Source: an uncultured Pseudomonadales bacterium (lineage in GTDB: Bacteria > Pseudomonadota > Gammaproteobacteria > Pseudomonadales > UBA7434). Taken from it: a stretch of 64,000 bases of DNA. A program made the translations under genes and the position numbers. The DNA lies in the NCBI GenBank assembly GCA_943787705.1, contig CALSNL010000001.1, forward strand, positions 511,380-575,379. The letters run 5' to 3'. How positions within the stretch are numbered: position 1 is the stretch's first letter; each line of letters starts with the position of its first letter. This document shows positions 55,885 through 64,000 of this stretch, piece after piece. The notes beneath the pieces were generated by a model that saw only the letters and a program-made list of their open reading frames with translations, made no database searches and had not been told where the DNA came from.

Positions 55885-56643
55885 TTAATCATCTTGAATA
55901 GATTTAATTGACGGTAGAGAAAAACCATCACTTATTACTGAAACAACATAATTATTGGCCACAGCTTCAATAGCAGAAAACTCAATAGTAAACACCGTTA
56001 CCTCGCCTGAACTTAGCATCAAAATTTGCGGCGTGATTTTTTTATGGGCAATATCCTTTTGGGCAATATTTTCTGCGTCAATATCACTTTCATCAGCTAA
56101 GCCATAGGCCCCAACTCTGTCATTGTCATCGTCGTCACTATCAGAACTATTGCCATCACCAAAATTAATATCCTGCGGTGCATCATCACTACCAGGCCGC
56201 GAAAAGCCTTCAATACTCCAAGACATTTTCATAGATTCAGGTAAAGAATGCAGACGAAAAGCTTGACCCGTAAGAGGTAGCCAGCTTTGGCTAACTGGAT
56301 CAAAGCGTACAAGGGAGTATTGGCTTTTATCGATAGCTACACCCAACTGCGAAGAGGTAAAAATAGCTTCATCCGAAGCAGCAACAACTAGGCGTTGAAA
56401 ACGCTCAGCCTCAGAACGAAGCTCGCGAGAAAAATTATCGCCTATAGACAATACAATCATGCCCGAAAACATAGAGATAATGACGAGCACAACCAAAAGC
56501 TCAATAAGCGTAAAACCTCCCGACTTATTGGCAAAAGCTGTGTAGATTCGACTGCCTGCAGCGCGCTCATTAACCGTAGTACTTTTATTAACAGCAAAGC
56601 TATTTGCCGTTGCAGTTGTTGAAAGCTCTGCCGTATTATCCAT
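55885..56643 (-). CDS. gspH: T2SS minor pseudopilin H
   Basis: GG-FTLIELLVVLVII and PQILMLSSGEVT motifs; start uncertain. Confidence 0.85.
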   Translation of the reverse strand: MDNTAELSTTATANSFAVNKSTTVNERAAGSRIYTAFANKSGGFTLIELLVVLVIISMFSGMIVLSIGDNFSRELRSEAERFQRLVVAASDEAIFTSSQLGVAIDKSQYSLVRFDPVSQSWLPLTGQAFRLHSLPESMKMSWSIEGFSRPGSDDAPQDINFGDGNSSDSDDDDNDRVGAYGLADESDIDAENIAQKDIAHKKITPQILMLSSGEVTVFTIEFSAIEAVANNYVVSVISDGFSLPSIKSIQDD

Positions 56644-56663
56644 AATATTGTTTGGCCGAATAA

Positions 56664-57122
56664 CTACCGATCCCAGCTGCTAATATCACTCGCATAACCA
56701 TCACCACCTACACGCGCATCAGCACCTAAACTCATCAACTCATAAGGCTCTGAACCTTCTCCAGGACTAAGATAAACATAATCATTGTCCCATGGATCTA
56801 ACGGCAACTCACTGCCTTTAAGGTAGCCTTGTGAATTCCAATTTTTAGGCGACGGCGAAGCCTGAGGCTTTTTAACCAATGCTTCAAGACCTTGATCTGT
56901 CGTCGGATAAAAATGATTATCTAACTTATACATATCCAATGCCTGCGATAATGTAGCGATATCCGCTTTAGCCGTTGTAACTCTTGCGCGATCTACCTGC
57001 CCCAAAACATTAGGGCCAATCAAACCAATTAGCATACCCATAATAACGACAACAACCAGCACTTCAATGAGAGAAAAGCCTTGTTGGTTTTTAGCGAACT
57101 GAGATCCGTTAGCGAAATTCAT
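56664..57122 (-). CDS. gspG: T2SS major pseudopilin G
   Basis: QG-FSLIEVLVV, ALDMYKLDN, YPTTDQGLEALV, DPWDNDY and SLGAD motifs. Confidence 0.95.
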   Translation of the reverse strand: MNFANGSQFAKNQQGFSLIEVLVVVVIMGMLIGLIGPNVLGQVDRARVTTAKADIATLSQALDMYKLDNHFYPTTDQGLEALVKKPQASPSPKNWNSQGYLKGSELPLDPWDNDYVYLSPGEGSEPYELMSLGADARVGGDGYASDISSWDR

Positions 57123-57155
57123 AATACCTTCTTAGTTATCTTAGTAATGGTTAAG

Positions 57156-58379
57156 TTAAACGATAGAATTAAGATTGACGATAGGCAATAAAATTGCCAC
57201 CACAATCACGAAAACACAAACGCCCATAAGTAAAAGCATGAGCGGTTCAAGAATGCCAAGCATCACGGCAATAAGACCTTCTAAATCTCGTTGTTGAGCT
57301 GTTGCTATTCGCTCCAGCATTTTATCAAGCTCACCACTTTGCTCGCCACTAGCAATCATATGCAGCATCATTGGCGGAAAGTAACCACCCTCTGCTAAAG
57401 CTCTATTTAAGCTAGTACCTTCTTGCACTTGCTGAGTAGCCTGATTCACGCGACGTCTTAGCCAGTGATTAGCTAAAACCTGCCCAGCAATTTTCAAGGC
57501 ATCAACTAACGGCACTCCCGAGGCGGTTAAAATACTTAAGGTACTGGCAAACTGAGCAGTATTAGTGCCACGAGATAACCTTCCTATTAAAGGTAAGCTG
57601 AGTATTTTTCGATGCCACTTAATTTGTATTTCAGGCTTAGACAAGGCCGATTTAATAGCGGAAACAAAAAGCACTATACCAATAAATAATAACCAGCCTT
57701 TGTTAACAATAAAATCACTCGTAGCGATAAGTACCTGTGTTATCCACGGTAGCGTTTGCCCCTGAGTATTAAAGACCTTGACCACATCGGGCACCACAAA
57801 AACCATCAGCAAGGTAACAACGCCAATTGCCATAAAAAATAAAATGGCAGGATAGATCATCGCCATTTGTACTTTCTGACGAGAGGCCTGTGAGGCTTCG
57901 GTATAATCCGCCAGTTTCTCCATGACTAAATCAAGAAAACCTGCCGACTCACCCGCTTGAATAGTGGAACGATATAAATTATTAAATACACTAGGGAATT
58001 CAGCCATAGCATCGGCCAAGGTATAACCTTCCAACACTTTAGAGCGCACAGCCAGTAATATTCCGTTTACTCTAGCTTTCTCAGATTGCTTGGCAATGGT
58101 TCCTAACGCTTCTTCTAAGGGTATGCCTGCAGCAACGAGCGTCGCCATTTGACGAGTAATTAAAGCAAGATCAGCGGTATTTAAAGAGGGGCGACGAAAG
58201 CTAAAACCAACACTGCCAGCCTTTTGCTTTTCATCCGACTGACCTGCAGGAGTAATATCTAAAGGCATTAACCCTTGCTCACGCAACTGCTGTCGCACTT
58301 GCCGTGCGCTATCTGCGTCCAATACACCTTTTTGTTGCTTGCCGCCCGCGTCGAGCGCTTTATAGCTAAAAGCAGCCAC
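57156..58379 (-). CDS. gspF: T2SS inner-membrane protein F
   Basis: TRQMATLVAAGIPL, AGESAG, AMIYP and GEQSGELDKML motifs. Confidence 0.95.
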   Translation of the reverse strand: MAAFSYKALDAGGKQQKGVLDADSARQVRQQLREQGLMPLDITPAGQSDEKQKAGSVGFSFRRPSLNTADLALITRQMATLVAAGIPLEEALGTIAKQSEKARVNGILLAVRSKVLEGYTLADAMAEFPSVFNNLYRSTIQAGESAGFLDLVMEKLADYTEASQASRQKVQMAMIYPAILFFMAIGVVTLLMVFVVPDVVKVFNTQGQTLPWITQVLIATSDFIVNKGWLLFIGIVLFVSAIKSALSKPEIQIKWHRKILSLPLIGRLSRGTNTAQFASTLSILTASGVPLVDALKIAGQVLANHWLRRRVNQATQQVQEGTSLNRALAEGGYFPPMMLHMIASGEQSGELDKMLERIATAQQRDLEGLIAVMLGILEPLMLLLMGVCVFVIVVAILLPIVNLNSIV

Positions 58380-58383
58380 TTAG

Positions 58384-60012
58384 CTAACCCTCTTGCGTAA
58401 CACGTAAAATTTCTTCAACTGTGGTAATCCCTTCTAACACTTTCTCTTTTCCGTCATCAAGAATGCTTCGACCCGCTAAACGCGCTTCTTTAATCATGAC
58501 ATCTTCAGCTACTTTGTCGTGAATCATACGGCGGATATTACTATCAACTGAGACAATTTCATAAATACCCCTTCGACCACGATAACCACTGTTATTACAT
58601 CGCTTACAGCCTACAGGTTTAAACATTGAGTGGCCAACATGCTCACCCAAGCCAAGAAATTCACGCTCGCTATTATCGGGTAAATAAGGCGCTTTGCAAT
58701 CGGGGCATAATACTCGAACTAAACGCTGCGCCACTACACCGACCAAACTGGATGATAATAGAAACGGCTCAACGCCCATATCAAACATTCGTGTTACCGC
58801 ACCAACGGCTGTATTAGTGTGCAATGTGCTCAAGACTAAATGTCCCGTCAAACTTGCTTGAACCGCAATATCAGCAGTTTCAGAGTCACGAATCTCACCA
58901 ACCATTACGACATCAGGATCCTGCCTCAACATGGCTCTCAAGCCACGAGCAAAGGTCATTTCAGCTTTATTGTTAACCTGCGTCTGACCAATACCTTCAA
59001 TATTATATTCAATCGGATCTTCAACGGTTAGAATGTTACGCGAGGCATCATTAAGCTCACTCAAACCAGCATATAAAGACGTTGTTTTACCAGAGCCTGT
59101 AGGGCCAGTGACTAACACAATACCGTGCGGGCGATGCAGAATCTTTTTGAATCGCGCTAACTCTTTTTTCTCCATGCCCAGCGAAGACAAATTTAAACGA
59201 CCCGCTTGTTTATCGAGCAGACGCATAACCACTCTTTCGCCATTACTTGATGGCATTGTCGATACGCGCAAATCGATTTCACGACCACCAATACGAATCG
59301 AAATACGACCATCTTGTGGAACACGTTTTTCGGCAATATCCAGTTTCGCCATAACCTTAATACGCGACACCAGTAATGGCGCTAATACTCGCTTGGGCTC
59401 AACCACTTCACGCAGAACACCGTCAACTCTATAGCGAACAACTAAACGTTTTTCAAAAGTTTCAATATGGATGTCAGACGCGTTCTCTTTTACGGCTTCG
59501 GTTAACAAGGCATTAATTAATCGAATAATCGGAGCGTCGTCTTCCTGCTCAAGTAAATCCTCAGATTCTGGCACAGAATCAGCCAAGCTGGCTAAATCCA
59601 TCTCGTCGCCAAGATCTTCCACCATTTGCATGGCTTCATTATTACGGCTTTCATAAGCCTGTGCTAACAAACCATCAAAGCGGCTTTCTTTTACCGCCTC
59701 ACAAATAAAGCTGACACCAAGGTGTCGCTGAATTTCTGCAACCACACTCTGACCAATAGTCTCCTTATGGTAGAGCGTAATTTTAATACCATCATCCAAA
59801 ACAAAGCCGCCACAGCGTTTTGCAAATGGAAATGGCAGCAACGGTCTTGCCGTCTCATCAACTTGTGATTCAAGCGCGTCGCTTTCTTCAGACGATATTG
59901 CCTGTTGGAGATCCTGATCCTTGGTTGGATCATTATCCAGGATATCTTTCTGATCTGAATCTTGGCCCGAACCGTCTCCGGTACCCAAGAGCGAATTTAT
60001 ATAACTTTCCAA
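58384..60012 (-). CDS. gspE: T2SS ATPase E
   Basis: ASDIHIE, GPTGSGKT, TVEDPIE, LRQDPDVVMVGEIRD and a tetracysteine motif. Confidence 0.96.
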   Translation of the reverse strand: MESYINSLLGTGDGSGQDSDQKDILDNDPTKDQDLQQAISSEESDALESQVDETARPLLPFPFAKRCGGFVLDDGIKITLYHKETIGQSVVAEIQRHLGVSFICEAVKESRFDGLLAQAYESRNNEAMQMVEDLGDEMDLASLADSVPESEDLLEQEDDAPIIRLINALLTEAVKENASDIHIETFEKRLVVRYRVDGVLREVVEPKRVLAPLLVSRIKVMAKLDIAEKRVPQDGRISIRIGGREIDLRVSTMPSSNGERVVMRLLDKQAGRLNLSSLGMEKKELARFKKILHRPHGIVLVTGPTGSGKTTSLYAGLSELNDASRNILTVEDPIEYNIEGIGQTQVNNKAEMTFARGLRAMLRQDPDVVMVGEIRDSETADIAVQASLTGHLVLSTLHTNTAVGAVTRMFDMGVEPFLLSSSLVGVVAQRLVRVLCPDCKAPYLPDNSEREFLGLGEHVGHSMFKPVGCKRCNNSGYRGRRGIYEIVSVDSNIRRMIHDKVAEDVMIKEARLAGRSILDDGKEKVLEGITTVEEILRVTQEG

Positions 60013-60466
60013 TATTTAAACCCCAAATGTTTAACCAACACCATTATCTAGTATCTCTTTTTAATACTTGCACCCAAAATTCATTCAATCAATCTGAGCT
60101 GCCGAAAAAGAGAATAAAAATGCAGTAGCGCTCAAAAATCATGCAGGTCAATAAGTAGTCTAATTGATAGACGCCAGATCTATCGTAAAGTAACATCCAG
60201 CGCTCAATGTAAACGTCAGAATACACACAGTATATGGCATCGAAAAGATTTTTTGAGCTCTGCCGCTAAAATTGACAATACTTTTGATGATTCACCGGTA
60301 AATTGTTGGAAATTAGTAAGTTTTTGGATATTTTAAAGCCTTATGCGAGCGCTTTACAGATTTAGCAGTCTATAATGAACATTGATTGGCATCGTTAATT
60401 ACCGTCATAAAAGCGCTGTCATAACTAACCATAAATTAGCGCTGCAAAGAATCTAACATATTTAGA

Positions 60467-61060
60467 ATGCGATCAATATTACCTACATCATTACAAAGCC
60501 TATTCAACAACCCAGTTGTCGCACTGAGTTGTTCGGCTATTGCCGTCGCCATAATGATTACATTGTGGAGCACCGGCATGCTAATGAGCACATTGCTGTT
60601 TAAGCCTACCCTTGATATTGCTCGAAGCACCCCAAGCCAAAGCACCTCTCTTATTGATAGCAACGGCATAGGCGAGCGGCACTTCTTCGGTGTCGCTAAT
60701 GCTAAGCCCGTCATTGTTATCGATGAACTGCCAGAAACTAAGCTTGAGCTTATTTTACGCGGTGCGTTTACGGCTCAAAATGAGAGTAATGCCGGTGCGA
60801 TTATTGAAGACGACAAAAAAAATTCGCAGCACTACGCTATCGGCGATACTTTACCCGGTGATGCCATTCTAAAATCGATTCATGAAAATAAAGTGGTCTT
60901 AACTCGAAATGGTATTTTTGAGACCCTGTATTTTCCAGAAATCAAAAAAACCGATAAAAATTCGCCAAACCATTTTATTCAATCTCAATCGCCACAAGAG
61001 AGAGATGAAAGAAGAAAAGCCATACGAGAACGAATTAATAATCTTCGCAACAAAAAATAG
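60467..61060 (+). CDS. gspC: T2SS protein C (short form without PDZ)
   Basis: TM helix, HFFG, LPETKLELILRG, AIIE, GDTLPGDA.L.SI homology region; upstream of gspD. Confidence 0.85.
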   Translation: MRSILPTSLQSLFNNPVVALSCSAIAVAIMITLWSTGMLMSTLLFKPTLDIARSTPSQSTSLIDSNGIGERHFFGVANAKPVIVIDELPETKLELILRGAFTAQNESNAGAIIEDDKKNSQHYAIGDTLPGDAILKSIHENKVVLTRNGIFETLYFPEIKKTDKNSPNHFIQSQSPQERDERRKAIRERINNLRNKK

Positions 61061-61127
61061 CATTTTATAAGCCATGCTTTAACGAAGCTGGGGCTGTCAT
61101 AAATAGATCGCAACTGCTGACAATAAG

Positions 61128-63197
61128 GTGAACTCATTGCAAATCGAGAATATGATAATCACACGAATAAAAAAATCTATTAATGCATTGGCTTTTAACC
61201 AGCCTAGCTCCCTAATCGCTATCGCTTGCTTAATGCTCTCGCTTACACAGACCTCTTATGCTCAAGACAATGCCTCTATTGAGCAAGGTGTAGAAATAGA
61301 AGCCGCTGAAGAACAATTTATTCTCAATATGCGCGATGCCAATATCCAAGGCTTTATTCAATGGGTTGCCAATAGAACCGGCAAAAACATGGTTATTCAT
61401 AGATCGGTAAAGGGCACCGTGACTATTCTTTCTTCACGTACCATTTCTCCTGATGAAGCCTATGAACTCTTTTTAACTGTTTTACGATTGAATAACTTTA
61501 CCGCAGTAGAAACTGACGGCGTGGTAAAAATCATTCCTGTAACTGAAGCAAAAGTCGATGGCATCCCATTTATGGGTGAGCAAACCCGTAACGGCAGCAT
61601 GGTTACCGCTATTATTGATGTAGAACATAGTAGCGCCACAGAACTTATGGCCTTAGTGAGACCACTCATACCTGCCTCTTCCCATATCGCCAGCTTCAAC
61701 CAAACGAATACGCTTATCATCGCCGACTCAGCGAGAAATATTACAAAGATAACCCGCGTTATCGAACTACTCGATAAGTCAGAAAATAAAATTGATCTCG
61801 ACATTATTCCTATCATATACGCGTCTGCCGATGAGATATCGGCAACGTTAAGTAAAGTCGTTAAATCCCTAAGCGGTAATAAGCCAGGCCTCACAGATAA
61901 AGATAAAGTTGAATTTGCAGTCGATAAACGATCGAACTCTATTCTTATTACAGGCAATGCCAGTAAACGCCAACAAATTAAAGACTTAATTAAAAAGTTA
62001 GATTTACCGCTTGAGGGTGGCGGCAATACACAAGTGGTCTATCTCAACTATATTGAAGCGTCTGAAATTACACCGATTCTTAAAAGTGTGGGCGACAGCG
62101 TTATTAAAGACAGCAAATCAGAATCAACCCAGAGCTTTAGCATTGAATCGAGCGAAACAACCAACGCACTCGTTATGACTGGCCCTCCAGGGCTTATTAG
62201 CAATCTTAAATCGGTAATTAAGCAGCTCGACATACAGCGCGCTCAAGTATTAATTGAGGCGGTTGTGGTTCAGGTTTCGGGTGATGCCGGTGAAGATTTT
62301 GGTGTGGTATGGGGCGGCTCAGAGATTTATGAAGAAAACCGCACTGGCGGTGTTGGCGCGGTAAATGTACCCGCTGCTAACGCTAGCTTTAACAATATAT
62401 TTGGTGCAGCCATTGCGGCTGACGCTACAGACGACAGCCCTTCAAATACCCAGTTAGCTGCCGGCGTATTGAGCAACTCAGGCTTAACCTACGGATACTT
62501 AAAAGACGGCAATTTGGTTGCGGCTCTTCGCGCTATCACAACCCGTAACAAATCCAACATTATGTCGACACCTACCATTGTTGCGCTCGATAACGAAGAA
62601 GCCAGTTTATTAGTCGGCCAAAGCGTACCCTTTATTACTGGAAGCTCTACATCAGCAGGCTCCACAACCGCAAACCCCTTTCAGACGATTCAGCGTCAAG
62701 ATATTGGTATAACACTCAATGTCACACCTCGTATTAATCAAGGCGACTCCATTACTTTAGAGATTGAACAAACAACAGAGAATGTCTCGCAAACTGCTAA
62801 TAGCCAAGCGGCCGATTTAATTACTGAAAAGACAGAAATAAAAACCAGCGCGCTTATACGCGATGGACAAGTATTAGTGTTAGGTGGATTAATACGCGAA
62901 GATGATGTCACTACCCGCACGCAAGTGCCGTTGCTCGGAGACATCCCACTACTGGGCCGTTTGTTTAGATCGAATTCAGTCAGTAAAAGAAAGAACAACT
63001 TAATGGTTTTTATTCGCCCAGTGATATTAAAAGATCAGCTTCAAATGAGTGGATTAACTGCACAGCGCTACGCATTTATGCGTGAAAAACAAATGCAGAA
63101 TGCGTTAAGTACGTTTATTAAGTTGTCTGATAATCCTGCGCTTGCGGACTTTGATGAGTTCCAAAATATCACGCCTCAGCAAACGGAAGCTAACTAG
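61128..63197 (+). CDS. gspD: T2SS secretin D
   Basis: N0-N3 domains, QVLIEAVVV, MSTPTIVALDNEEA and VPLLGDIPLLGRLF motifs. Confidence 0.96.
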   Translation: MNSLQIENMIITRIKKSINALAFNQPSSLIAIACLMLSLTQTSYAQDNASIEQGVEIEAAEEQFILNMRDANIQGFIQWVANRTGKNMVIHRSVKGTVTILSSRTISPDEAYELFLTVLRLNNFTAVETDGVVKIIPVTEAKVDGIPFMGEQTRNGSMVTAIIDVEHSSATELMALVRPLIPASSHIASFNQTNTLIIADSARNITKITRVIELLDKSENKIDLDIIPIIYASADEISATLSKVVKSLSGNKPGLTDKDKVEFAVDKRSNSILITGNASKRQQIKDLIKKLDLPLEGGGNTQVVYLNYIEASEITPILKSVGDSVIKDSKSESTQSFSIESSETTNALVMTGPPGLISNLKSVIKQLDIQRAQVLIEAVVVQVSGDAGEDFGVVWGGSEIYEENRTGGVGAVNVPAANASFNNIFGAAIAADATDDSPSNTQLAAGVLSNSGLTYGYLKDGNLVAALRAITTRNKSNIMSTPTIVALDNEEASLLVGQSVPFITGSSTSAGSTTANPFQTIQRQDIGITLNVTPRINQGDSITLEIEQTTENVSQTANSQAADLITEKTEIKTSALIRDGQVLVLGGLIREDDVTTRTQVPLLGDIPLLGRLFRSNSVSKRKNNLMVFIRPVILKDQLQMSGLTAQRYAFMREKQMQNALSTFIKLSDNPALADFDEFQNITPQQTEAN

Positions 63198-64000
63198 AAT
63201 TTTTCGGGCAATTGAGAAAACATTGCCTTGTAAGGGAACAGCCCATACACACCGCCGGTATGAATAAACACAATATCGCTATCGGCGGCGAAACGGCCCC
63301 CGCCTATTTCTTGCAGTAAACCGTCGAAAGCCTTACCCGAGTATACCGGGTCTAAAACAACTCCCTCAGTCCGAGCTAGCAAAGCAATCGTATTAATCAC
63401 CGACTGCCCTGCTTTCGCGTAACCTGCGCCTACATAGCCGTCAATCATTCGTATCATAGATGCAGTCACTTCAAATGCACTTTGTGAAGGATACTTTAAT
63501 TGCCAATCGGCAATATCATCTTTAATTTTATCGATAAAATACTGTTCATCATCGCAGACATTAACGCCATAAATATTAGCCTGCATGCCCAGTAACGACG
63601 CACCCACTACTAAACCAGCTTGCGTACCGCCAGAACCTGAGGCCGTTATGATTGCAGTTGGCGATATATTCTGGTCAGTAAAGTCTTGGCGCATCTCATC
63701 ACAAGCAGCAATATATCCCCAAAGTCCATCGCCATCACTACCACCGGTAGGTATAGCAAAAGCCTTATGCCCCGCTTTCGTGTAATCGTTAGATACTTGA
63801 GTAAAGAGCCGGTCTAAGGTTGATGCATAAACGGCTGGCGAGTGATAACTGATACTGCAGCCAGAAAGCTCATCGAGCAGAAGGTTTCCATCACTGGCTT
63901 GCGTTGATTTTGGCAGGCCTCGTAGAATCAGATGGCACTTAAGGCCCAGCTGGGCGGCAACTAAGGCCGTAGCACGACAATGATTTGATTGAATGCCACC
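63194..64000 (-). CDS. D-cysteine desulfhydrase / ACC deaminase family PLP enzyme (5'-partial)
   Basis: Frame is open to the window end. GGIQSNHCRATA, SGSGGTQAG, LDPVYSGKA and FIHTGG motifs. Confidence 0.9.
   Translation of the reverse strand, partial: GGIQSNHCRATALVAAQLGLKCHLILRGLPKSTQASDGNLLLDELSGCSISYHSPAVYASTLDRLFTQVSNDYTKAGHKAFAIPTGGSDGDGLWGYIAACDEMRQDFTDQNISPTAIITASGSGGTQAGLVVGASLLGMQANIYGVNVCDDEQYFIDKIKDDIADWQLKYPSQSAFEVTASMIRMIDGYVGAGYAKAGQSVINTIALLARTEGVVLDPVYSGKAFDGLLQEIGGGRFAADSDIVFIHTGGVYGLFPYKAMFSQLPEKF

Noticed and set aside
63194..63694. Truncated D-cysteine desulfhydrase pseudogene
   Set aside because: The frame stays open to 64000; the gene is cut only by the window edge.

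Overview
Core-chromosome window of an AT-rich gammaproteobacterium with Pseudomonadales/Cellvibrionales-like gene order; the taxonomy is an inference. Housekeeping content: mltF (partial), tadA, pdxB, epmC, tusA, sixA, gpsA, htpG, tRNA-Arg(ACG), mfd, csiV, clpA-clpS, cspD, icd, rluE, nudJ, mnmA, purB, cysH, degQ, hemB, rlmG, an AddAB-type helicase/nuclease pair, a type II secretion locus (gspCD divergent from gspEFGHIJKLM-exeAB) and a partial D-cysteine desulfhydrase. I found no transposase, integrase, prophage gene or CRISPR array. The main oddities are: (1) a ~1 kb non-coding element between csiV and clpA with long inverted arms, four GTCGGG..CCGAC hairpins and mirror-repeat triplex/pseudoknot-like motifs; (2) an uncharacterised DoxX / DinB-like / NRDE(TANGO2) / acyltransferase / GNAT (OlsF-like) module facing hemB-SOUL-START; (3) an AddB-like subunit lacking the Fe-S cysteines; (4) two exported proteins whose signal peptides seem to start at ATT/ATC behind a good RBS; (5) many short degenerate tandem duplications; (6) five single-base frameshifts that are probably assembly errors. 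All product calls come from motif recognition by eye; no searches were run.
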